Part shown: positions 1 through 12,561 of the stretch, piece after piece | Position numbering within the stretch: the stretch's first letter is position 1 | Layout: every line of letters starts with the position of its first letter | Assembly: GCA_951406725.2 (NCBI GenBank) | Contig: OX597822.1 | Span: 30,194,001 to 30,258,000, forward strand | DNA length: 64,000 nucleotides | Direction: 5' to 3' | From: Octopus vulgaris | Lineage: Eukaryota | Translations under genes and position numbers: made by a program | The notes under the pieces: model-generated | Database searches by the model: none | Seen by the model: only the letters and a program-made list of their open reading frames with translations | Told to the model about the DNA's origin: nothing

Positions 1-397
1 ACTATCAATACATAGCATTTAAGTATTACAGAATCCCCAGAACGTACTACAACGGAGTACTCAATCTCACAACGTACCACGTATTATCACAGTTTAGAGT
101 ACATTATAAGTACGAACCAGAGATACGATGTCAACGTACCACACAGAAGCGCCAAGTACAACAAAATGTAGACGCTAGTTCTACTCTAAAAGACCTGTTC
201 TGGAGACACGGAATCACCAAATTCATAACAGTGACCTTACCAGAGAACCTTGTACGCAAGTGCTCCACTAACAAACCTTTATTTTTCGAATACTTTTCAA
301 TTCCCCCATTGCTACGATTCAACAAAATTAAATACAACACATGTAAATACTCACATATACATATATAACAGGCACACACATACACACACACATACGT

Positions 398-450
<53 letters not shown>

Positions 451-499
451 TAGTTACGTATGTAGAAGCAATTATGGGGATAACCAAATTAGTCACATC

Positions 500-843
500 A
501 AATATATTAAATATATTAAGTACATCAAATACAAAATATGTATATATGTATTCAAGCAAAGCGAGATAAAGCAAAAGTTGGAAACTTTCAGATGATGAAT
601 TTATTTGTATAAATATATAGATATTTATATAAATAGGTCCAACTTACATAGAGTACAAGCGACATGCATCTCTGAGCATCCAGAAACAGCTGTCGGACTT
701 ATAATACTTTTCTTCCACCACTTTTATTTTCTCTGTCGTTTGTACTCTGTGTAAGATTGACTTATTAATATAAATATCTATGTATTTATACATAGCAAAT
801 TTGTCATCTGAATTTTTCTACCCTTTCCCTTCTCTCGTTTTAA

Positions 844-875
<32 letters not shown>

Positions 876-925
876 TTGTATTTGATGTATTATATATATA
901 TTTAATATATATACACTCAAATATA
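500..925. repeat. Old diverged fold-back, arms about 500-636 and 760-925
   Basis: TTCAGATGATGAATTT...TGTATAAATATATAGATATTTATAT matches the reverse complement of ATATAAATATCTATGTATTTATACA...AAATTTGTCATCTGAA; TACATCAAATACAAA versus TTTGTATTTGATGTA. Confidence 0.65.
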
Positions 926-1576
926 TTTGAGTGTATATGCTTCCACACAGACAGACACACACACACACACACAAGCACAAACACATATATGTATATGCAT
1001 TCTCCACTCAGAATGTTACCTAATACTACAAGTGCAGTGGATGCCTTTAATGCATGTATGGAAATTCCTAGAAATTTTGACAATGTTTTCAATTATATCA
1101 TTGTTCTTTTTTCATAGGCAGTATATATATTCAGTTTGTTTATTGACTTACTCACATTTCGGAGTCTTTTATTATTGCTGAACTTGTCGTGATTGTAATT
1201 GAAGTTAATACGTATTTCATCACCATATTAGATTACACTTGCATTTTTGTCACCAGAGTCCATATAAATCTCCACCAATCTTGATGGGCTCTACCACTCA
1301 CCTTGAGAAGCCATGGACTACATTGCCACTGTAAAGGCTAGAAATACCAAGCACCTACTCTTCTTATATAGTAACTCAAAGAGCTTAAATAAAGAAGTAA
1401 GCACTCTAGCTTGATCAGGTTGACCTGGGATTAAGCAACAACAATTATAACAACGAAGTGGAACTATGACACAATTATATACCACCGTAACAAAACACCA
1501 GGTGTGCCCAACTTGCACTGAGAGATAAGAAAGAAATATGTTCGAAAATATAAACAGTGACTTTGAAGGAGTGTTT

Positions 1577-1608
<32 letters not shown>

Positions 1609-1759
1609 TGTATGTATGTATGTATGTATGTATGTATGTATGTATGCATGCATGCATGCTTGTATGTATGTATGTATGTATGTATGTATGCATGTATGTA
1701 TGTATACACAATGCATACACACACATATATACATATATGTATGCATACATATGTATATG

Positions 1760-1816
<57 letters not shown>

Positions 1817-1818
1817 TC

Positions 1819-2036
1819 CTTTTATTTCTTTTACTAGTTTCAGTCATTTGACTGCGGCCATGCTGGAGCACCGCCTTTAGTCGAATAAATGACCCCATAC
1901 TTATTCTTTTGTAAGCCTAGTACTTATTCTATCGGTCTCTTTTGCCAAGGCACTATGTTACAGGGACGTAAACACGCCAACATCGTTTGTCAAGCGATGG
2001 TGGACGGACAAACACAGACAAGCAAGTACACATACA

Positions 2037-2079
<43 letters not shown>

Positions 2080-2281
2080 ACACACACATACACACACATA
2101 CATACACACACACACACACAAACACACATATATCCGATGGGCTTCTTTCAATTTCCGTCTATCAAATCCACTCACAAGGCTTTTAGTTGGCCTGAGGCTA
2201 TAGTAGAAGACACTTGCTCAAGGTGCCACGCACTGAGACTGAACCCGGAACGACATGGCTGGGAAGCAAGCTTATTACCAC
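1819..2281 (-). mobile_element. SINE family A (tRNA-derived, internal microsatellite)
   Basis: Head GGGTTCAGTC, CORE-like CCTTG(G/A)GCAAG, internal (CA)n, tail GACTGAAAC..AAAAGA. Confidence 0.9.
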
Positions 2282-2732
2282 GTACATACATATACGTATT
2301 CATATATATGTACATTACATATATATATACTCATGCGTACACTGACATACACACCCATAAGCTGAGTTAACTTGGAAAGGTAGCTAAAAAATATGGATTG
2401 TGTCTTTATGAGTTGCGTGTGCACATATGTGCGTATGTGTCAAGGTGCATATAAGTGTAAAGTGTGTGTTTATGTTTGTATGTGTGTGTTTATGTGTACG
2501 TGGGCAAGAGTGGATAGCTTGGTATCTACAAAGATAGGGTGTGATATAGAACGACTGTGGCTGATGTACATGTATGACAGGTATAAAAAACTGAATATTT
2601 AAGAAGGAGTTAGAGAAAAAAAAAATTATGATGTGAAATAGAATTGAGAGTGGGGGAGTGTGAAAAATAAACATAGAAAACAAATGCAATGGGCGTAGTG
2701 CAACAGCCGTTTATATATATATACGTCTCTAA

Positions 2733-3042
<310 letters not shown>

Positions 3043-3129
3043 TTTCTATACCCGGATGTGTATGTGTACAAATATTTTCCGTCATTTGTAGAAAAAAAGT
3101 GAAAATAGAGGAAAACAAGGAAGGAAGAA

Positions 3130-3186
<57 letters not shown>

Positions 3187-3571
3187 GAGAGATAGAGAGA
3201 CAGACAGACAGACAGAAAGAGAGAGAGAGAAGGGGAGAAAGAGTACCATATAGATCGAATGGTAGGTAGGAGTATGTGTTCAGTTATAGAGCTAGTATGG
3301 GTAGATGTTTCGGCAGTGACGGGACGTTAACGCTTAATTAATTATTACAATAATTAATATCTGATTTCTATAACTTTCTTCTTCCCCCCGTTTCGTTCAC
3401 CCAGCCTCCACGCTGTCGCTTCTTCTCTTCTTACGCTTTCTTTTCCTCTTTTTTTCTTTCTGTCTTTCTTTCTGTCTGTCTGTCTTTCTCTTTCCCTGTC
3501 TCTCTCTCTCACACCTACGAATAGACTTTCTTTTATTTTCGCCCTTCATTTCGTGTCGGGGTGGAGGAGTT

Positions 3572-3652
3572 ATGTTGGTGGCTGTGATTATTTGGTTTGC
3601 CTTTCGGGATCTGGCCATTTATCTACTGGACTGGTACGACAGCCACACAGAG
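3572..3652 (+). CDS. Candidate short coding exon (MLVAVIIWFAFRDLAIYLLDWYDSHTE)
   Basis: ATG at 3572, exactly 27 codons, then perfect donor GAG|GTAAGT at 3652/3653. Hydrophobic N-terminus. No partner exon identified. Confidence 0.3.
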
Positions 3653-4032
3653 GTAAGTGTTTTAATGTTTACGTTTCGAATCTTAAAATCGTAATTAGGG
3701 ACGGTACCGCGATACACGCTCCGCATCTCAAGTGATTATAGGGAGGATCCAGGCAGCATTTGAGAAGTGTAGATGTCACACATTAGACACAAGAAGGAGG
3801 AGTTGACAGAATGAAAGAAAGAGGGTAATTAACTAACCAGACGGAGAGGGGGGAATGAGAGAGAAGGGAGAGGTGAAAACTAAATTACTCTCTTTCTTTC
3901 TCTCGCTCTTTCTTTCTCCCGCCGTTTTTATATATCACACAGTCGCACACATATGTATGTGAGTACCTTGGTATATATATAAATATATGTGTGTGTATAC
4001 AATATAAATGTGTATGTATATATATGAATATG

Positions 4033-4069
<37 letters not shown>

Positions 4070-4095
4070 GCGTACATACACACACAAACACACAA

Positions 4096-4156
<61 letters not shown>

Positions 4157-4209
4157 CATGCATACATACATATATATACACACGCATACATACACACACA
4201 AACTCACAC

Positions 4210-4267
<58 letters not shown>

Positions 4268-4268
4268 G

Positions 4269-4311
<43 letters not shown>

Positions 4312-4373
4312 TATAAATGTGTATGTAGAAACATCAATGTGAATATATGTCTGTGTATACACACACACGTACG

Positions 4374-4405
<32 letters not shown>

Positions 4406-4925
4406 ATATGCATGTGTATAAGTGCTGCACGCGCCCACGTGTGTGTATGTGTGTGTGTATTTTTGTATATACACTTGTAGGAAGTTCGGCGCACTCAAGT
4501 CAATGACGGCAAAGAATCCACAGAAGAGTGACAGAGATATATTCTTAGCGCAAGATTATATATAGTCAAAGAATTGCAGGCGGTTCCAGAGATTTAGTGA
4601 GTGGCGGAGTCAGAAAATGTATTCGTAGGATGAGTAGAGGAGGGAATAGACAGACTTTTATTTATTTATTTATCTATTTTTTTGTGGTGGAGTAAAGTTG
4701 GCATAGTTGATATTCAGGTGACAGGCGAGTGACAGGAAGAGTAGATTATTTGTATATGAGGACTGCATTTCCGGAGTGAGGTACATACATACATTTACAC
4801 ACACACACATATATATATGTGTGTGTGTGTGTATATATATATATATACACACATATTCATATATATACATACACATTTATATTGTATATACACACACGCA
4901 CACAAATATATTTATATATATATAT

Positions 4926-5145
4926 TCTTTTACTTGTCTGAGTCATTTGACTACGGCCATCCTGGAGCACCGCCTTGGCGTGTTATGTTGAGCAATTGGA
5001 CTCTAGGACTTATTTTTTGCCTGGTACTTATTCTATCGGTCTCTTTACCGAACCGCTAAGTTACGGGGACGTAAACACACCGGCACCAATTGTCAAGCGA
5101 GAATGGTACAGACAAACACAAAGACACGCATACACACACAAACAC

Positions 5146-5183
<38 letters not shown>

Positions 5184-5343
5184 CGACGGGCTTCTTTCAG
5201 TTTCCGTCTGTCAAATCCACTCACAAGGCCTTTGTCGGCCCGAGGCTATTGTAGAAGACACCTGCTCAAGGTGTCACGCAGTGGGACTGAATCCAGAGCT
5301 ATGTGGTTGCTAAGCAAGTTTCTTACCACAAAGCCACGCCTGC
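4926..5343 (-). mobile_element. SINE family A
   Basis: Full-length homolog of 22341-22783. Confidence 0.9.
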
Positions 5344-5802
5344 ATGCATAGAAATATTATTCATACATACATGTACTATACGTACATATATATTTTATGC
5401 CTATAAACATGCATACATACACACATTTATATACACAAGTGCTTAATCATATTTGTATAAATGTACACATGGATGTAAATATAGTTGTTATACATGTACA
5501 CATTTTAATATCTTTACAACCAGAGTTTTTCCAGCCATGACCAATACGTCTATTCAAAGCTTGTCTATCATTATATTAACCGATTTGTAGAGTGTATTTG
5601 AGGAAATCTGCCTTTTGCTTTAAGAAGGCGAAGCGATGGCTTCGTTGAATTAAACCATTAAAAATTATACGCATGTATTTCTCGCTCTACGGGTCGTGTT
5701 CAGTAACGAAATATTAAATTGAAAGAAATGGGGTAGTTCTGATAAATGTCTTTTGTGCTTGTGTGCATGTGTGTATATACATATATATATATATATGTAT
5801 AT

Positions 5803-5860
<58 letters not shown>

Positions 5861-5868
5861 GTGTATAT

Positions 5869-5929
<61 letters not shown>

Positions 5930-6078
5930 GTATAGATATAGGTAGATAGTTGCGCTCTACTTGGGACATTTGGATAAGCTCGCGCATAAATTCAAAATTT
6001 TATAGCACACTGTTGAGCATATCAAATCACTTTCACTTCGTTAAAGGGCATCCAGTTCACACAGATGTGCTTACAGGG

Positions 6079-6112
<34 letters not shown>

Positions 6113-6204
6113 CCCCACATATAGGCATGCGACAGCTGGGAGCACGAGTATATAAATAGATATATAAATAAGTAAATGTATATATATATATATATCTTTT
6201 CTCT

Positions 6205-6677
6205 CTCTTTTACTTGTTTCGGTCATTTGACTGCGGCCATGCTAGCGCACCGCCTTTAGTCGAGCAAATCGACCTAGGACTTATTCTTTGTAAGCCTAGT
6301 ACTTATTTTATCGGTCTTTTTGCCGAACCGCTATGTTACGGGGTCGTATTCACACCAGCATCAGTTGTCAAGCGATGTTGAGAGGACACACGCACAAACA
6401 TATACACATACATACATACATACATACATACATACATACATACATACATACATACATACATACATACATACATACATACATACATACATACATACGTACG
6501 TACATACATACATATGTACGTACGTATATACGACGGGCTTCTTTCAGTTTCCGTCTACCAAATCCACTCACAAGATTTTGGTCGGCCCGAGGCTATAGTA
6601 GAAGACACTTGCCCAAGGTGCCACGCAGTGGGACTGAACCCGGAACTATGTGGTTGGTAAGCAAGCCACTCCTGCAC
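6205..6677 (-). mobile_element. SINE family A with internal (CATA)n
   Basis: Homology to other copies. Confidence 0.9.
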
Positions 6678-6725
6678 CCACTATTTACAATTGACGGATA
6701 TTTGTCCTCATCTTGTTTGTTGTTA

Positions 6726-6768
6726 ACACAACGTTTCGGCTGAAAAACCCCCATCCTTTATCAGATGT
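6726..6768 (-). ncRNA. Degenerate hammerhead ribozyme (left arm of inverted pair)
   Basis: Reverse complement ACAU-CUGAUAA-A-GGAUG(...)CAGCC-GAAACGUU-GUGU; G8>A. Confidence 0.5.
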
Positions 6769-6816
6769 CTTGAGGAAATTTCGAACCTGGGTTCTCATTC
6801 CTAAGATATTTTTCGA

Positions 6817-6888
<72 letters not shown>

Positions 6889-6986
6889 GCCATATACTCA
6901 CGGGCATATAGCATAGTATTTAAGAGGGCAAGCTACTAACCCCATGATTCCAAGTGACCTGAATAATAATAATAATAATAATAATG

Positions 6987-7041
<55 letters not shown>

Positions 7042-7113
7042 TAATAATGATAATAATAATAATAATATCGAAAAATACCTTAGAAAAAAGAACCCATAGA
7101 AATTTCCTCCTGG

Positions 7114-7157
7114 ACACCCGATAAAGGCTGGAGAGTATATCAGCCAAAACGTTGTGT
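7114..7157 (+). ncRNA. Degenerate hammerhead ribozyme (right arm of inverted pair)
   Basis: ACAC-CCGAUAA-A-GGCUG(GAGAGUAUAU)CAGCC-AAAACGUU-GUGU; perfect stems I and II, three core substitutions. Confidence 0.5.
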
Positions 7158-7228
7158 TAACAACAAACAAAATGAGGAGAAATATCTGTCAAATGTAAAT
7201 AATGAAATTTAAACATTTTCTCTTCATA

Positions 7229-7613
7229 TCTCTCTATATATAAACGGCAGTTTGTCTGTGCGTGCTTCTGTGTGTCTGTTTGCTTGTACCCTCACCCTGA
7301 CCACGGCTTTCAACCGATTCTGATGAAACTTGACACACACATAGCCCAATGTCATAATTCAAAACTAACGCAGCGAAAATTTTGAAAAGTTCCCCCAGTT
7401 CTGAAAAAAATCGATAAATTCGACATGGGGTCGAGAATCATAAACACAAACCACAAACTGTCTTAGGGACGCAACTCCACCTTTTTTAAATTAAAATAAA
7501 AAATTTAACATCATTTTTTTCCATTTTTTTGCTATTTTTTGGCTATAGCTCTCTAAAAATGCTTTATAGTTATTTCCCTTACAAACCTGAGCAACGCCGG
7601 GCGATACTGCTAG
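7229..7613 (+). mobile_element. Non-autonomous Helitron
   Basis: A|TCTCTCTATATATAAA 5' end, subterminal hairpin CCTGAGCAACGCCGGG, CTAG|T 3' end, no TSD. Confidence 0.8.
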
Positions 7614-8047
7614 TACTGTATAATCATGATCTGATAAAGACAGCCAGCTTCGTTTCAATCGTGTGTTTTCATTTCATGAACTGTCCTCAAAGCCATTACT
7701 TACAAATTATCCACTATAAATAAGTGAATAAGTAACCAGGATAAACCGATTTGCATATAATAACGCTTTCCTGTCAGCTAGCTCGACAGAGCAATTATCA
7801 ACGCGTTATGCTAAACTGTACTAGAAGCTATATCTAGACATCCTAAACTATCATTGTGTGTAAGAGATTGATATAAACACCCTCCCATCAGATAGGGTCG
7901 TGAACAAAACGTGTGACCTATCGAATTAAGTTTAGTCGTGTGTTTGGAATCCATCAAAGATTTTGCCAAATATCGGTCAATTGTAAATAATGTAAATAAT
8001 GTACATAATTCCTCATCTCTTAAATATAGAACTGTAATATATATATA

Positions 8048-8147
8048 GGTACATGAGTGGATGTGTGGTAAGTAGCTTGCTTACTAGCCACATGGTTCTG
8101 GGTTCAGTCCCACTGCGTTGGAACTTGGGCACGTTTGTTCTACTATA
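8048..8147 (+). mobile_element. SINE family A 5' fragment
   Basis: TGTGTGGTAAGTAGCTTGC...GGGTTCAGTCCCACTGCG. Confidence 0.8.
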
Positions 8148-8423
8148 TAATGACACTGCTGCTATTGCCATTTCAGCCACTGACCATTACTTTATTTTTA
8201 TTCCAACACATAAGACAGCTATTATGCTTACTCCCCAAGAAAGCCACCACGTGGATTCTGTTGAGACGAGTAAAAAACAATTATGAACTTTTAAAAATAT
8301 TTTTGATAAGGTTCGTTTTTTCAAGAAGAACCGAAACATGTAAAATTTCTAAAATTAAAATTTATCTTGTATAGTGGCGTTTTCAAACTTTTTTTTTATA
8401 AATATATACCCAAATTTATAAAT

Positions 8424-8506
<83 letters not shown>

Positions 8507-8555
8507 ATATTAAAACCAGTGGTCTAGCATATCAAAAATAATCCGAAGATTAAAA

Positions 8556-8593
<38 letters not shown>

Positions 8594-8617
8594 GATTTGA
8601 CGTATATACTTTTCGTG

Positions 8618-8682
<65 letters not shown>

Positions 8683-8696
8683 CATACACACACATA

Positions 8697-8727
<31 letters not shown>

Positions 8728-9624
8728 GTAGATGACATATGTGCAGCATGTGTTGTTTTTTTAGTATTTGTCTTTGGCGGTTAAAATTCTGCGTTTGTAG
8801 CACACATGTTGCTTTTGCCCAATGTTAAATAATATATATGATAAATTAAATAAAAAGAATTGTTAGAGTTCGTTGCATCTCCAAATTAACTACGTAAACA
8901 TATAACTTCATAAAAACAACAGTATGTTACTGTTAATTGTTATTCATGCATATCGCTCTGTGTAAATGAAAATCTCATTGACGTATTAATGTTCAATATT
9001 TCTTTTGTCAGCGGATGAATTTATCGAGCTGCTATTTATAAGAAAAATGTTACGTTTTGTTTATTTTAATAACGCGGTAGACGGAAAGAAAGAAATCTCG
9101 CGGCAAGCTGTCAAACGCAATTAGGTATATACATGCATATATACATAAATGCGTGCATCAATGCATACTTGCATAGAAATAAAAACCTTTTAATTGGTTT
9201 GTAGTGACTAATATACTGATAATTAAGTGTCCTCAATACCTCTCACATCTTGTATACACTGACACACTGCAAACTCAAGCACACACTCATATATACATGC
9301 ATACACACATATATGCACACATATATGTACATACACGTACATGCATGTAATTGCTAATATATATGATACATAATCAACTAAATTGCTTTAATCAATTGAA
9401 ATTAAGCTTGTAATGAGAAAAGAAATTGGCGTAAATGAAAATTCATTACAAAATGGGCAAGGGCGGTAACTCCAGAAAGCCAATTAACAAAACGTTAGTA
9501 CAGCTGTTTCTGTTCACGTTGCATTGCGTTCCTTTACGTGAAAAGATGTCTTAATGATTGGATCAAAAGGGATCCATAAGTAAATATGGGTGGATATAAT
9601 AGCGTAATAGAAGTTGTTGTGTTG

Positions 9625-10089
9625 TGAACCCGCTTCGGTCATGAGTGACCATGGGATTACACCAAGATTACCCTCCGAGGCACAGGTCTGGGCAAAGTTG
9701 TTTATGGAAGACCAGCAGTCGTCCATGCATACCAACCTCCCCCTTCCACACCACCGATGTTATCCAAGGGAAAGGCAAAGGCCGATACAGCTTGGCACCA
9801 TTGACGCCGTAGCTCATTTATTAACGTGCAAGTGACTGAGCACTCCACAGACACTTGTACCCTTAACGTAGTTCTCGCGGAGATTCAGCATGACACAGAG
9901 TGTGACAAGGCAGGCCCTTTGAAATACAGGTACAACAGAAACAGGAAGAAAGAATGGGAGAAAGTTGTGGTGAAAGAGTGCGGCAGTGTTCACCACCACC
10001 CCCTGCCGGAGCCTCGTGGAGCTTTAGGTATTTTCACTCAATAAACACTTATAATGCCCGGTCTGGGAATCGAAACCGCGAGTCCGCTG
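9625..10089 (-). mobile_element. Composite SINE: family B1 head/body joined to family D tail
   Basis: 9819-10089 matches B1; 9625-9818 matches 32402-32598; junction at CTCATTT. Confidence 0.8.
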
Positions 10090-10195
10090 CCCTAACCACT
10101 GGGCCTCCACATAATAGAGGTAGTGTATATACATTTAGTGTACTGATATTGAATAGTGTTGGGAAGATATGTTGCGTAGTAAAGAGAAGTGTTGT

Positions 10196-10247
10196 GTAGT
10201 GGTGTGCTGGGTAGTGGTGTGCTGCGTAGTGGTGTGCTGGGTAGTGG
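10196..10247. repeat. 15-bp minisatellite GTAGTGGTGTGCTG(G/C) x 3.5
   Basis: Directly visible. Confidence 0.85.
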
Positions 10248-10946
10248 ATGTTATAGAGTTGTTGAGTAAAGTGTTACTTTTGTTTGTTTAGTTCCAGGTT
10301 ATTCTTGATTGAACCATCTGAAATCTACATTCCACCAATGATTCACCCGTCTTTTTCCAGGCATAGTTTATCTAGAAGTACCTTATTCTGTGCATCATTC
10401 TGATATTTTTGGGATAGAAGGTTGTGATATGAAGGAAATTTGGTTACTGTTTCTAGTCCATCGAGCAATTTAGCAGAGGCCTTCCTCTTTGGTTCCTTAT
10501 TCGTGTTATGGTGTAGAATGAAGCGTGTGCATAGTGTCTGAAGTGGGCTCAAATACTACTGTACATTCAATGGTTGGAATGGATTTTAAGGACTAGTGTT
10601 AAACAAATATCTGTGTAGATGATGTTTGAAAGGGGGAGGGGTTATGTAGTCTTCATTTCCATCAACATTTATAGTTCAATGACGTAACTTATTCCGGTGC
10701 ACAACTATGTTTTCATCCTTCACTGTTGGGTATATCCTTTTCTGTAGGAAATTAGTTTTCCCGTCAGTCACTGCACAGAAGCCCAAAATGAGTTATCATT
10801 ACCGTTGTTTATATTGTTGTTCTGGAGAGTGATTTTGTTGTTGTTGTTAAGACCAATGCCAGCCCTGTCTAAGCAAACCTATGATCAAATATAGCGCCAA
10901 AACTGGCTCGCACTTCTCTCAAATTTTGCTCATTCACAAGTATATT

Positions 10947-11182
10947 TGTTTCTTTATTGCCCACAAGAGGCTAAAAATAGAGGGGACAAACAAGGACAGA
11001 CAAACGGATTAAGTCGGTTACATAGACCCCAGTGGGTAACTGGTACTTAATTTATCGACCCCGAAAGGATGAAAGGCAAAGTCGACCTCGGCGGCATTTG
11101 AACTCAGAACGCAACAACAGACGCAATACCGCTAAGCATTTCGCCCGGTGTGCTAACGTTTCTGCCAGCTCGCCGCCTTATC
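10947..11182 (-). mobile_element. SINE family C (Meta-domain-like) with TSD
   Basis: GTCGACTTTGCCTTTCATCCTTTCGGGGTCGATAAATTAAGTACC resembles the Meta/Sauria SINE central domain; TSD CACAAGTATATT at 10935-10946 and 11183-11194. Confidence 0.9.
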
Positions 11183-11890
11183 CACAAGTATATTATCTAA
11201 TTTGTCCAAGCATTTTAAAGACATCAGCATGTAATTTGAGGGAGGCTTGGCTGCTGTTTCTCGCAGGCTTCAACGAAAATGTAGAAACTGATTCATTGGC
11301 TCTTGTTGAAGTTATTGTTATTGCTATTTAGCTCAAGTTAGCCTTGATTGAAAAGACTCATGATCAAAGGCGTTCGAGACGAGATCATCCTGCCTTAACA
11401 GCAAGAACAACAAATCAACAGAAGTAGCGGAGTCATCATCATCATGATCATGATCATCATGTTTTTGTAAACTGTAACAGAACTGAAAAACTGACGAGAG
11501 TTTCATTATCCTGCAGAAGCGAGTTCATTTGCAGCAAATGTTCCTAGAATAAACTAGCAAGGGAGATAACTCTAAAACGCTTAATCACCTACTGTCCAGA
11601 AAATCTCCAGAGACCAGTGACGCACCAGTATACACTACTCTGAATTATTCTGATCATTTAAAATTATCTGCTGATATTCTAGATTACATTGCATTTGAAA
11701 TTTATCAGCAAAGCTACATGTTGACTGAACCATGAGAAGTGAATGATACGTAAGTTAGAATCGTTGCAGTGAAGTGGAAGTCGGATAGAAGCGGATCGAG
11801 CTTAAATTAATGAACGAAAGCATTATGTCCATTTCCAGCAGCCAGCGGTACCAACCCAAGTATTAACACACAGTTGAATTTTGTTGGCTA

Positions 11891-12279
11891 TGGATAGAAG
11901 CACTCCGTCGGTTACGACGACGAGGGTTCCGGTTGATCCGATCAACGGAACAGCCTGCTCGTGAAATTAACGTGTAAGTGGCTGAGCACTCCACAGACAC
12001 ATGTACCCTTAACGTAGTTCTCGGGGATATTCAGCGTGACACAGAGAGTGACAAGGCCGGCCCTTTGAAATACAGGTACAACAGAAACAGGAAGTAAGAG
12101 TGAGAGAAAGTTGTGGTGAAAGAGTACAGCAGGGATCACCACCATCCCCTGCCGGAGCCTCGTGGAGCTTTTTAGGTGTTTTCGCTCAATAAACACTCAC
12201 AACGCCCGGTCTGGGAATCGAAACCACGATCCTATGACCGCGAGTCCGCTGCCCTAACCACTGGGCCATAGCGCCCCCA
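11891..12279 (-). mobile_element. SINE family B1 with TSD
   Basis: A-box TGGCCCAGTGG, B-box GTTTCGATTCC; TSD TGTTGGCTA at 11882-11890 and 12280-12288. Confidence 0.93.
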
Positions 12280-12561
12280 TGTTGGCTAACTGATGTTGTA
12301 ACTCAGGGCTGAAGATACCTCTTGTAACTTAATCCTTTCTACTAATGGCACAAATTACGGGGAAGGGATTAGTCAATTACATCGGCTCCAGTGTTTCACC
12401 TGTACTTAATTATTCGACCCGGAAAGGATGAAAAGCTAAGTGGGCTTCTTTGGAATTTGAACTCAGAACGTAAGGGCGGACGAAATGCCTCTAAACGCAC
12501 AAAAAAATGAATAAAAATCAGCGACATTTCTTTTCAAATAAAGTATATGCCATGGGTGTGT

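Larger units (their letters stand above)
6683..7204. mobile_element. Head-to-head inverted pair of a hammerhead-containing non-autonomous retroelement with (AAT)n linker and tRNA-like head
   Basis: 6683-6888 is the reverse complement of about 6962-7200 (roughly 80% by eye, including ATT/AAT tracts). Centre 6889-6962 contains A-box-like TAGCATAGT. A further 3' piece lies at about 7965-8036. Confidence 0.65.

Noticed and set aside
7319-7332. CTGATGA...GAAAC hammerhead-like words
   Set aside because: The motifs overlap with no stem II; inside a Helitron.
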